Below are positions 45,774 through 54,098 of a stretch of 64,000 nt of DNA, in pieces. The position numbers and the translations under genes were made by a program. Numbering within the stretch: position 1 is the stretch's first letter; each line of letters starts with the position of its first letter. The notes below the pieces were generated by a model. That model did not search any database. It was not told the origin of the DNA and saw only the letters and a program-made list of their open reading frames with translations. Source of the stretch: Acidimicrobiia bacterium (GTDB lineage: Bacteria; Actinomycetota; Acidimicrobiia; Spongiisociales; ZC4RG35); contig CBDBCY010000004.1 of the NCBI GenBank assembly GCA_965203555.1, forward strand, positions 960,001-1,024,000, in the 5' to 3' direction.

Positions 45774-48188
45774 ATGGGAACCAGTAAACGAATTATCACG
45801 GTCGCAATCGCGACCATCTTCATGTTCACCACCGCCCTACCCGCTATAGCCCGACCACCCGACCACCCCGGAGAACAGGGGAGCAGTAGCAGCGGATCGA
45901 GCGAAAGCGGATCAGGATCAGGAAGCGGATCAGGATCAGGAAGCGGATCAGGATCAGGAAGCGGATCAGGATCAGGAAGCGGAAGCCGGGGAGGTGGCAG
46001 CCCCCACGATCCCAGCAACAACCCGCCCGGCGGATCGAGCGGAGGCGGATCGAGCGGAGGCGGAAGCCCCAACCCCGATCACGATCCCAACAATCCCGAC
46101 AGCCACGACAACCGCGGAAGCGGATCAGGATCAGGAAGCGGATCAGGATCAGGAAGCGGATCAGGATCAGGAAGCGGAAGCCGGGGAGGTGGCAGCCCCC
46201 ACGATCCCAGCAACAACCCGCCCGGCGGATCGAGCGGAGGCGGATCGAGCGGAGGCGGAAGCCCCAACCCCGATCACGATCCCAACAATCCCGACAGCCA
46301 CGACAACCGCGGAAGCGGATCAGGATCAGGAAGCGGATATTGCGACCCCGGCAGATGCGGAAGCGGATCATCCCCATCAGCGACCAACCCCACGCTAAAG
46401 ACAACAAAGACCATAGGCGGCACAACCATAACCACCAGCAGCGACGGATCTATGTCGGCTACGGGAACCACCAGATCAGGAGCCAAGGTAACCGTTACCA
46501 GAAACCCAGACGGAACAACGACCATGTCCGTCGCGGGAAGCACCACTATCGCCGGAGTCAAGACAACCGTGACCGGCAAAGACGGAACCGTCACAGTCAC
46601 CGGCACAGGACCCCTAGGCACCAAGGTAACCACAACCATTGACGCCACCACCGGCGAGATCGAAACCAAAGTCGAAGCCACCCCCGAATCAGTAGCCGCC
46701 GCCATCGAGAAAGCCGGGAAGGACAAGGCCAGGAAAGAGATCGACAAACGAACCCCCAAAGGCGCAAGCGGCGGCGGAGGAGGCCGCGGCGGAGGCGGGG
46801 GCCGCGGCGGAGGCGGAGGCGGAGGCGTGACCTGCTTCAACAGTTGCCTCAACCACAACACAGGAACACCTAACAATCCAGCCAATACCAACGCTTTCAA
46901 CAGACGCACAACCACCACCCAACCACCCACTGGCAGCCCCCACGATCCCAGCAACAACCCGCCCGGCGGATCGAGCGGAGGCGGATCGAGCGGAGGCGGA
47001 AGCCCCAACCCCGATCACGACCCCAACAATCCCGACAGCCACGACAACCGCGGAAGCGGATCAGGATCAGGAAGCGGATCAGGATCAAGCGGAAGCCGCG
47101 GCGACGGAGGCGGAGGCGAAGAAACCCGCACCGGCCAAGCCACCACCGAAAGCGGAAGCAAAGAGCCGGAGAACCCGGGCAACCAGGAGCCGGAGCCGAG
47201 AACGTATTGGTGCGGGAGCGGACAGCTGGCCAGCAACTACCGCCAATGCAGCGAATCCGAATTCAACGAGAAGGTCCGCCAGGAAGAGCAGGCAGAGCGG
47301 GACCGCCGGGCAGAGCGGGACCGCCAGCGGGAGCTAGCACGCGAGCAGGAACGCCTAAACCAGGAGGCCCGGGAACGGGAACGCCAGGAGCAGGAAGCCA
47401 CCAGCCGCACGACGGCCACCACCGGAGGCGGAGGCGGAAGCTATACAGCCACCGGCCAACCAGAAACGACCACCTACTCCGATGGAACGAAGATAACCAC
47501 GACTACACATGCCGACGGATCAATAACCGGGACAGCAGTAAGACCCGACGGCAAAACCGTTACCGTAGTCGTGGATAGAACCGGCAAGGTCTTAAGCAAA
47601 AAGACAACCGACACCGGAGGCGAAACACCACGCCAGGAGCCGGAGCAGCGCCAAGAGCAAGAGCAGGCCCCGCCGCCGAAACCCGAACCCGAGCCGGTTT
47701 ATCGGACGGAAACCCGCTACCGCACGGTAACCCGCACCCGAACGGAAACCACCTACCAGACGGAAACCCGCTACCGGACCGAGACCCGCTACCGGACAGA
47801 GACCCGCTACCGGATAGAGTGGGAGCGCGGCACTGCACCCGTCCGCAAGATAGTCAAAAAGACCCGCATGGTCCGCAAGTCCCGGCTGGAGGACCGCACT
47901 TACACACAGCCAGCATATTGGCAGTATGACCCCAAGACCGGCCGGGTGAACAGGGTTCCGGAGAAAGCGGTGACCTACCAAGTTCCCGTCGACTACTACG
48001 AGGAGGAAGAGTACGACGTGGTCGTGGAAACCGGGGAGACCTACCCGACCTTCTACCGGAAGGTGATTCCCTACACGGTACAGGTGTCCTACAGCACGCA
48101 GGTACCGTACACCGTCGAGGTAGAGGGAACCCGCCAGGTGTCCTACGAAGAGCAGGAGGCGTACACCGTCCAGGTACGCGACCAGTAA
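45774..48188 (+). CDS. Large secreted low-complexity repeat protein (Gly/Ser, His/Asp/Asn/Pro repeats, Thr-rich region, coiled coil, C-terminal YRTETR/YTVQV beta-hairpin)
   Basis: 804-aa open frame with AAAGGA RBS and signal peptide MGTSKRIITVAIATIFMFTTALPAIA; in-frame repeats; downstream hairpin. Confidence 0.8.
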   Translation: MGTSKRIITVAIATIFMFTTALPAIARPPDHPGEQGSSSSGSSESGSGSGSGSGSGSGSGSGSGSGSGSGSRGGGSPHDPSNNPPGGSSGGGSSGGGSPNPDHDPNNPDSHDNRGSGSGSGSGSGSGSGSGSGSGSRGGGSPHDPSNNPPGGSSGGGSSGGGSPNPDHDPNNPDSHDNRGSGSGSGSGYCDPGRCGSGSSPSATNPTLKTTKTIGGTTITTSSDGSMSATGTTRSGAKVTVTRNPDGTTTMSVAGSTTIAGVKTTVTGKDGTVTVTGTGPLGTKVTTTIDATTGEIETKVEATPESVAAAIEKAGKDKARKEIDKRTPKGASGGGGGRGGGGGRGGGGGGGVTCFNSCLNHNTGTPNNPANTNAFNRRTTTTQPPTGSPHDPSNNPPGGSSGGGSSGGGSPNPDHDPNNPDSHDNRGSGSGSGSGSGSSGSRGDGGGGEETRTGQATTESGSKEPENPGNQEPEPRTYWCGSGQLASNYRQCSESEFNEKVRQEEQAERDRRAERDRQRELAREQERLNQEARERERQEQEATSRTTATTGGGGGSYTATGQPETTTYSDGTKITTTTHADGSITGTAVRPDGKTVTVVVDRTGKVLSKKTTDTGGETPRQEPEQRQEQEQAPPPKPEPEPVYRTETRYRTVTRTRTETTYQTETRYRTETRYRTETRYRIEWERGTAPVRKIVKKTRMVRKSRLEDRTYTQPAYWQYDPKTGRVNRVPEKAVTYQVPVDYYEEEEYDVVVETGETYPTFYRKVIPYTVQVSYSTQVPYTVEVEGTRQVSYEEQEAYTVQVRDQ
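45896..47090 (+). repeat. Intragenic repeats: GGATCAGGATCAGGAAGC arrays and three near-identical ~150-bp blocks (starts 45996, 46191, 46932)
   Basis: Seen directly. Each block encodes GSPHDPSNNPPGGSSGGGSSGGGSPNPDHDPNNPDSHDNRGSGSG. Confidence 0.9.
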
Positions 48189-48213
48189 CCCGACCGCCCC
48201 CAGACAGGATCAG

Positions 48214-48242
48214 CCGGGGAGGCGACCCCCTCGCCTCCCCGG
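48214..48242. terminator. GC-rich hairpin between the converging secreted-protein gene and purB
   Basis: CCGGGGAGGCGA-CCCCC-TCGCCTCCCCGG, a perfect 12-bp stem. Confidence 0.7.
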
Positions 48243-48317
48243 ACCCCAAACCCAGCGAGCCCCCAGCCCAATACACCCCCAACCACCCAACACACCACCC
48301 CTTACGAACAATCAGGG

Positions 48318-49628
48318 CTAGCTGTTGGAGGTGAGTTGCAGCGCGCGGAGTCGGTTGAAAACCGCCCCGGTTTCGGCCAGGAAACGGGTTGGATCGGAAA
48401 GATCTTCCAGGCGCTCTGCCGGGACGGTCACCTCGGGGTCCGAAGCGAGTTTCTCCCATAGAGTCCCGCCGCTTTCCAATACATGGGAAGCTGCCCGCTG
48501 GACGATCCGGTAGGCTTGGTTTCTGCTCAAACCCTGCCGGCTGATCAACTCTGACAGCAGGGCGCCGCTGACCACCAGCCCGCCGGTGGCGTCCAGGTTG
48601 GCCCTCATCCGGACGGTGTTGACCTCCAAGCGTCGCATCACCCGGGTAAAGGTGGCCAGCATGTAGTGCAGAATCGTGCAGGCATCGGGGATTATGATCC
48701 GCTCCACGGAGGAGTGGCTTATGTCCCGCTCGTGCCACAGCGCCACGTTCTCCAAAGCTGTCGTCGAGTAGCCCCGCAGCAGACGGGCCATTCCGGCCAT
48801 TTGCTCCGAGGAAATCGGGTTTCGTTTGTGGGGCATGGCCGATGAGCCCTTCTGACCGGACCGGAATCCCTCCGCCACTTCCCCCACCTCGTTGCGCTGC
48901 AATAGCCGTATCTCCGTAGCGAAACGCTCCAGCGAGGCCCCGGCCAAGGCGATGGCGCCCAGAAACTGGGCGTGACGGTCTCGGGCGGTCACCTGGGTCG
49001 AGGCCGGTTCTGACCCGATCCCCAGTTCCCTGCACACAAATTCCTCTATAGCCGGGGGGCACTGCGCGTAGGTGCCCACCGCCCCGCTCACCTTGCCCAC
49101 CGCCACCGCCTCCCGGGCGGCGTTCAGACGCTCATGGTCCCTGGCGAGTTGGAAGGCCCAGTTGGCAAGTTTCAAACCCCACGATGTCGGCTCGGCCCAC
49201 ATACCGTGAGTGCGACCCAGGATCAGAGTGTCCTGGTGTGACAGTGCCGCCTCCTTGACCACTGAAAAGAGAACTTCCACATCCCGGGTCAACAATCGAG
49301 CGGCCTCGCCCATGATCACACCGGAGGCGGTGTCGATCACATCGGATGAGGTGAGCCCGTAGTGGACCCACTCCCCTCCCGCCTCCATTCCTGCCGCCAG
49401 AACATCGACAAAGGCGGCAAGATCGTGATTAATGATCGCTTCCCGTTCTGCTACCTGCTCGGGGGTAGGCACTCTCGCTTCTCGAATGGCCGTCACCGCT
49501 TCCGACGGCACCACTCCCTGCAGAGCCCAAGCCTCCAGCGCCAGCTCCTCCACCCTCTTCCAAGTGGCCAAGCGCCGCTCCGGAGACCACACTTCGGCCA
49601 TTTCCGGAAGCGTGTAGCGATCAATCAT
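48318..49628 (-). CDS. purB: Adenylosuccinate lyase
   Basis: MIDRYT, HYGLTSSD, GRTHG, GSSAMPHKRNP, WHERDISHSSVER. Confidence 0.97.
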   Translation of the reverse strand: MIDRYTLPEMAEVWSPERRLATWKRVEELALEAWALQGVVPSEAVTAIREARVPTPEQVAEREAIINHDLAAFVDVLAAGMEAGGEWVHYGLTSSDVIDTASGVIMGEAARLLTRDVEVLFSVVKEAALSHQDTLILGRTHGMWAEPTSWGLKLANWAFQLARDHERLNAAREAVAVGKVSGAVGTYAQCPPAIEEFVCRELGIGSEPASTQVTARDRHAQFLGAIALAGASLERFATEIRLLQRNEVGEVAEGFRSGQKGSSAMPHKRNPISSEQMAGMARLLRGYSTTALENVALWHERDISHSSVERIIIPDACTILHYMLATFTRVMRRLEVNTVRMRANLDATGGLVVSGALLSELISRQGLSRNQAYRIVQRAASHVLESGGTLWEKLASDPEVTVPAERLEDLSDPTRFLAETGAVFNRLRALQLTSNS

Positions 49629-49922
49629 CTTGTCCGACCGGGTACCACGATCCCACTGCCTACCGGAGACTACCCGCCGGGGGGACCAACTCGGTTAGAA
49701 GAACAGGCTTCAGGGTCTGTGCTTCCTATCTGGAGTTGAGGTCTCATCACCACTTTCGCACGGGTTGCGGGGATTCGACGCGGTTGACAGGAAGGACAAC
49801 CGTGCTCCTGCCCTCTGCGGGAGTGGGTGTCCATCTTCCGATTGCAGGCCATATAGGCTCCCCTGAAATGGACACCTCAACCATGCCGCCTCCCCGATAG
49901 CAAGCCAGGTGCGGTTGGAGGC

Positions 49923-51101
49923 ATGACTCGACTCTCCATTTCCGAGGCCAGACGGCTTGCCATCTCCGCAACCGGTTTGGCGGGCGCCCGACCGTCTGGA
50001 AGAAGGGATGTTCGCCACTATCGGAAGGTCCTCCGTAGCACCGGTCTCATCCAGTTGGATTCGGTGAATGTGCTGGCCAGGGCCCACTACCTGCCGTTCT
50101 TTTCGCGGCTGGGCGGCTATCCCCGAGATCGCCTCGACCGATGGCTGTGGACCTCGCAGGAACTCTTCGAGTACTGGGGGCACGAACGATCCCTGATCCC
50201 GATCGACCATCGCCCCCTGTTCGTCCACCGCATGCGCCAAACGCCGCACAGATGGATCGAGTCCGTCAACTACGACAATCCTGCGTATGTGCAGCAGGTG
50301 GGCCGGGAGGTGGAGGAGCGAGGGCCGCTGCGCGCTTCAGACCTGAGCGAACCCGGGACCTCCGGCGGGTCCTGGTGGGGACCCTCCATGGGAAAGCGGG
50401 CCCTGGAGTGGCTGTTCTGGACGGGCGCCGTCACCGTGGCGGACCGGCCCCGCTTCATCCGGTGGTACGACCTTCCCGAGCGGGTTCATTCCGCGGCGGC
50501 GATGGCCCGGCCGCCGATCGAAGAACCGGAGGCCCTCCGCCGACTCCTGCACCTGGCGGTGGCGCGCTCCGGCGTGGGAACCGCGGGCGACCTGGCCGAT
50601 TACTACCGCATGGGGGTCCGGTCGGCCCGCGCCGCGCTGGCCGACCTGGTCGCCTCCGGCGAGATCCGACAGGTGGAAGTGAAAGGTTGGTCGGAGCCAG
50701 CCTTTGTGGATCCCGATGCCGTCATTGCCCGCCGGGTCACGGGACGGGCACTCCTCTCCCCCTTTGATCCCTTGGTGTGGCGTCGACCGCGTCTGCAGAG
50801 GTTGTTCGACTTCCGATACCGGATCGAGATCTACGTTCCTCGCCCCAAGCGGGTTCACGGCTACTACGTGCTGCCCTTCCTGCTCGGAGACACCATGGTC
50901 GCCCGCGTGGACCTCAAGTTGGACCGCAAAGGCAGGCGCCTGCGGGTGTTGGGAAGTTATGGCGAGGGCGGCATTGATGTGGACAGAGTGTGCCGGAACC
51001 TGGCCGCAGAACTCTCCGAGATAGCTGAATGGCTTGGCGCAAACAAGATAACCGTGTCTCCCAAGGGCGACCTCGCTCTACCCCTGTCCCGTCAATTCTG
51101 A
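49923..51101 (+). CDS. YcaQ/AlkZ-like crosslink-repair DNA glycosylase (HTH_42 family)
   Basis: IQLDSVNVLARAHY (QxD), FEYWGHE, LLSPFDPLVW, YRIEIYVP..KRVHGYYVLP. Confidence 0.9.
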   Translation: MTRLSISEARRLAISATGLAGARPSGRRDVRHYRKVLRSTGLIQLDSVNVLARAHYLPFFSRLGGYPRDRLDRWLWTSQELFEYWGHERSLIPIDHRPLFVHRMRQTPHRWIESVNYDNPAYVQQVGREVEERGPLRASDLSEPGTSGGSWWGPSMGKRALEWLFWTGAVTVADRPRFIRWYDLPERVHSAAAMARPPIEEPEALRRLLHLAVARSGVGTAGDLADYYRMGVRSARAALADLVASGEIRQVEVKGWSEPAFVDPDAVIARRVTGRALLSPFDPLVWRRPRLQRLFDFRYRIEIYVPRPKRVHGYYVLPFLLGDTMVARVDLKLDRKGRRLRVLGSYGEGGIDVDRVCRNLAAELSEIAEWLGANKITVSPKGDLALPLSRQF

Positions 51102-51118
51102 AGGTTCTTCGATCAGAA

Positions 51119-52390
51119 CTATCGGACCACCAGTTGGCTGCGCTCGGGACCGACGGAGACCCATCCCACCGGGACTCCCACCGCCTCCTCGATGAACCTG
51201 ATGTAGCGGCGAGCGGCCGGGGGAAAGTCCTCGAATCGTCTCGCCCCGGTGATGTCCTCGGACCAACCTTCCAGTTCCCGGTACACAGGGGTGCACTTGT
51301 ACAGCACCCGCTGCTGGCGGGGAAACTCCGCATAACCCTGCCCCTCACCCTCATAACCCACCGCCACCCGCAAAGTGTCGAGCCCGGAGAGAATGTCCAG
51401 CTTGGTGATGAACAGATGGGTCAACCCGTTGATCCTGGCCGCATAGCGAAGGGCTACCAGATCGAGCCATCCGCAGCGCCGGCGCCTACCGGTGACCGTG
51501 CCGAACTCCCGGCCCCGGTCCACCAGCCAATCCCCCGTCTCGTCGAACAACTCGGTAGGGAACGGTCCGCTACCAACCCGGGAGATGTAAGCCTTGGCCA
51601 CTCCCACCACGTTGTCAATGGCGGTTGGGCCCAGCCCGGTGCCGATCAGTGCTCCACCGGCCGTGGGGTTGGAAGAGGTAACGAAGGGATAGGTGCCGTG
51701 ATCGATGTCCAGGAGTGTGCCCTGGGCGCCTTCGAACAGCACCTCCCGGCCATTGGCGATCGCCTCCCATAGAAGAAGGGACGTGTCGGTCACATAGGGA
51801 AGTAGGCGATCGGCCATCTCCAGATACCGAGAGATCACCGCCTCGGGGTCCATGGGAAGGCGGTTGTACACCCTGGTGAGTATCTTGTTCTTGTCCCCCA
51901 GCGCCGCCTCCACCTTCTCCCGAAAGATCCGATGGTCGAACAGGTCCTGCACCCGGATACCCACCCGGGAATACTTGTCGGTGTATGCGGGACCGATTCC
52001 TCGCTTGGTGGTACCGATCCGGTTGCGCCCCAGGTAACGCTCCATCACCCCGTCGAGGACCCGGTGATAGGGCATGATCAGATGAGCATTGGAAGAGATG
52101 CGAAGACGCCCGGGGTCTATCCCTTCCCGGGTCAGCATCTCGATCTCCTCGAGCAGCACCGCCGGATCCAGCACGCAACCCGAAGCGATCACCGGAACGC
52201 ACTCGGGGTACATCACCCCCGAGGGGACAACCGACAGGGCATAGGAGTCTTCGCCGATGGTTACAGTGTGCCCTGCGTTGTTTCCTCCCTGGTAGCGGAC
52301 GACATAATCGGCGGACTCCGCGAAGAAATCGGTTACCCGGCCCTTCCCCTCGTCGCCCCACTGTGCACCTAACACGATGGTGGCTGTCAC
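51119..52390 (-). CDS. purA: Adenylosuccinate synthetase
   Basis: GAQWGDEGKG, GGNNAGHT, IGTTKRGIGPAY, EGAQG, GTYPFVTSS, GTVTGRRRRCGW. Confidence 0.97.
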   Translation of the reverse strand: MTATIVLGAQWGDEGKGRVTDFFAESADYVVRYQGGNNAGHTVTIGEDSYALSVVPSGVMYPECVPVIASGCVLDPAVLLEEIEMLTREGIDPGRLRISSNAHLIMPYHRVLDGVMERYLGRNRIGTTKRGIGPAYTDKYSRVGIRVQDLFDHRIFREKVEAALGDKNKILTRVYNRLPMDPEAVISRYLEMADRLLPYVTDTSLLLWEAIANGREVLFEGAQGTLLDIDHGTYPFVTSSNPTAGGALIGTGLGPTAIDNVVGVAKAYISRVGSGPFPTELFDETGDWLVDRGREFGTVTGRRRRCGWLDLVALRYAARINGLTHLFITKLDILSGLDTLRVAVGYEGEGQGYAEFPRQQRVLYKCTPVYRELEGWSEDITGARRFEDFPPAARRYIRFIEEAVGVPVGWVSVGPERSQLVVR

Positions 52391-52570
52391 AAGGCAGAGA
52401 TGTTAGCCAATCCCCCGGATGGGTTAAATCTCATGTTTGACGGTCACGGTTGTCGGAGTGAAGAAGTGGCAACACTGCGGACCAGTCGATGAAAGATCCC
52501 TTGCGCAGGCGCATCATGACCAAAGTGGGGGTGGCTCTGAGCGCAATGATCCGTCCAGGTTTTCGAATGG

Positions 52571-53572
52571 TCAGCGGGTGAAGTAGAGCAGAAACTCCAT
52601 GACGCCGTGATCCTCAACCGAGATAACGCTGGCCGATGTCGGGGCGGTCACTCCGTAGTCGCCGAAGACCACCTCGCTCGATCCCACGGCCACGATGGTG
52701 TCCCCAACGAGTCGGGCACTCAGATCGAACACCGCGCGGTTGGTGACACCCTTGATTGTGAGGTCGCCTTCCGCCGGCCCCGAGAAGGTCTCACCTTCGA
52801 ATACCCCGATGGGCAGTTCCAAGGGCTCGACGAGAGTGAAAACCGCCAGTGGAAACTCGTCGGTCTCCAGAGCCTGCCGCATGTGGCTGTCACGATGGCT
52901 GTTGTCGGTGCGCAACGTTGCAATCTCGACCTCCATCGTGGCGGCCACCAGCAGGGCGCCGCTCAGTTCGATGGAACCGACCACCTCGGCAGTGCGGCCC
53001 ACCGCGGTGGACTCGGCGACGCCGCCCGCCAGCACCTCCACCACCCGGAACCCTACGAAGCTGACGGCGGGCTCTCCCGGCAGGCCGTCGGCGTTCTCGG
53101 ACTTCGCCAGGGTCCACAGCCCGGCGAAGGCATCCGCCGACGTGGTCTCCGTTTCGATCTCCCGGACATCGTCCGCGGCCACGCCGCTCGACATGTTGCT
53201 GGAGGTCTCCGCGCGGGTGCTCGAAGTCGCGCCGACATCATCGGTGGGCTCAGCAACCGGCGCCGGACTGGTAGTAGACGTCGTTTCCGTTCCGACGCCT
53301 CCTTCTGTTGATCGGGCATCGTCGAGGACCTCGGCTTCCGTCGTGACCACGAGAGTCGGGGGGTCCGTGCTTGATGTCGTGCTGCCGCCACCATCGGACT
53401 CTGCGACCGAGGAGTCGTCGGGGTTGTCACGGGCTGCCGGTTCCATCTGGGCCACCGCCGTCTCCAGATCGACGGCCTCGGGACCCTCATCGCTCCACCA
53501 CAAGAAAGCCGCTATCGCCGCAACCGCGATCGCGACTGCCAAACCTGCGATGATCTTGGTGAGCTTCCTCAT
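52571..53572 (-). CDS. YceI family protein with N-terminal anchor and Thr/Ser-rich linker
   Basis: SFVGFRVVEVL, AVGRT, LRTDNSHRDSHM, LETDEFP, GDLTIKGVT, DYGVTAP. Confidence 0.85.
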   Translation of the reverse strand: MRKLTKIIAGLAVAIAVAAIAAFLWWSDEGPEAVDLETAVAQMEPAARDNPDDSSVAESDGGGSTTSSTDPPTLVVTTEAEVLDDARSTEGGVGTETTSTTSPAPVAEPTDDVGATSSTRAETSSNMSSGVAADDVREIETETTSADAFAGLWTLAKSENADGLPGEPAVSFVGFRVVEVLAGGVAESTAVGRTAEVVGSIELSGALLVAATMEVEIATLRTDNSHRDSHMRQALETDEFPLAVFTLVEPLELPIGVFEGETFSGPAEGDLTIKGVTNRAVFDLSARLVGDTIVAVGSSEVVFGDYGVTAPTSASVISVEDHGVMEFLLYFTR

Positions 53573-53636
53573 GTATTGCCCTTGCCGGCCACCGGTCCTC
53601 TTGTATCACCTGGGGCATATATTCCGCGGGCGGCGT

Positions 53637-53987
53637 TTAGTCCGCATCAAGCACTATACAAGGTCGGCGGTCGGCTGGGTAGTAGGTCACTCTGAGTCTC
53701 TGACCTGCGACTTCGCCATACAAACTGACCCACCACCCGGGATCGACCCAATGGTCGTGACTGCCGTTCCCCGCGGGCGACTGCATGCCGTCCTCCTCAT
53801 TGCCGGCGCCGTCCACCACTACCTCGGTCGGCAATACTTCCACAATGGCGACGCGATTGGAAGCGTCTACGACCGCGACCGCGTCGTAGCTTCCTCTCCC
53901 CAACGCCACGGATCCAGTTCCAACCAGCGGCAACAGCCATCGCAAACATTGCTTGGGCGGGTTTTCTCCTTTCTCTCTTTCGGCCAT
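53637..53987 (-). CDS. Hypothetical protein (doubtful)
   Basis: 116-aa ORF filling the gap between thiP and yceI; no recognisable motif. Confidence 0.3.
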   Translation of the reverse strand: MAEREKGENPPKQCLRWLLPLVGTGSVALGRGSYDAVAVVDASNRVAIVEVLPTEVVVDGAGNEEDGMQSPAGNGSHDHWVDPGWWVSLYGEVAGQRLRVTYYPADRRPCIVLDAD

Positions 53988-54098
53988 GCGCCAACAATCT
54001 TCTGCTCGAATCCTGGGCCTTACCTTGGATGAAGGCGAGATTGAATGAGAAACCGGCGAGGGAGTTTTCAGGGGACCTTTCCAGGCCGGACTTGCCGC

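Noticed and set aside
45896-47090. Repeat arrays as a possible CRISPR array
   Set aside because: The units are in-frame coding repeats with no unique spacers, and there are no cas genes.
49629-49825. Purine or ZTP riboswitch upstream of purB
   Set aside because: No consensus elements recognisable on the minus strand.
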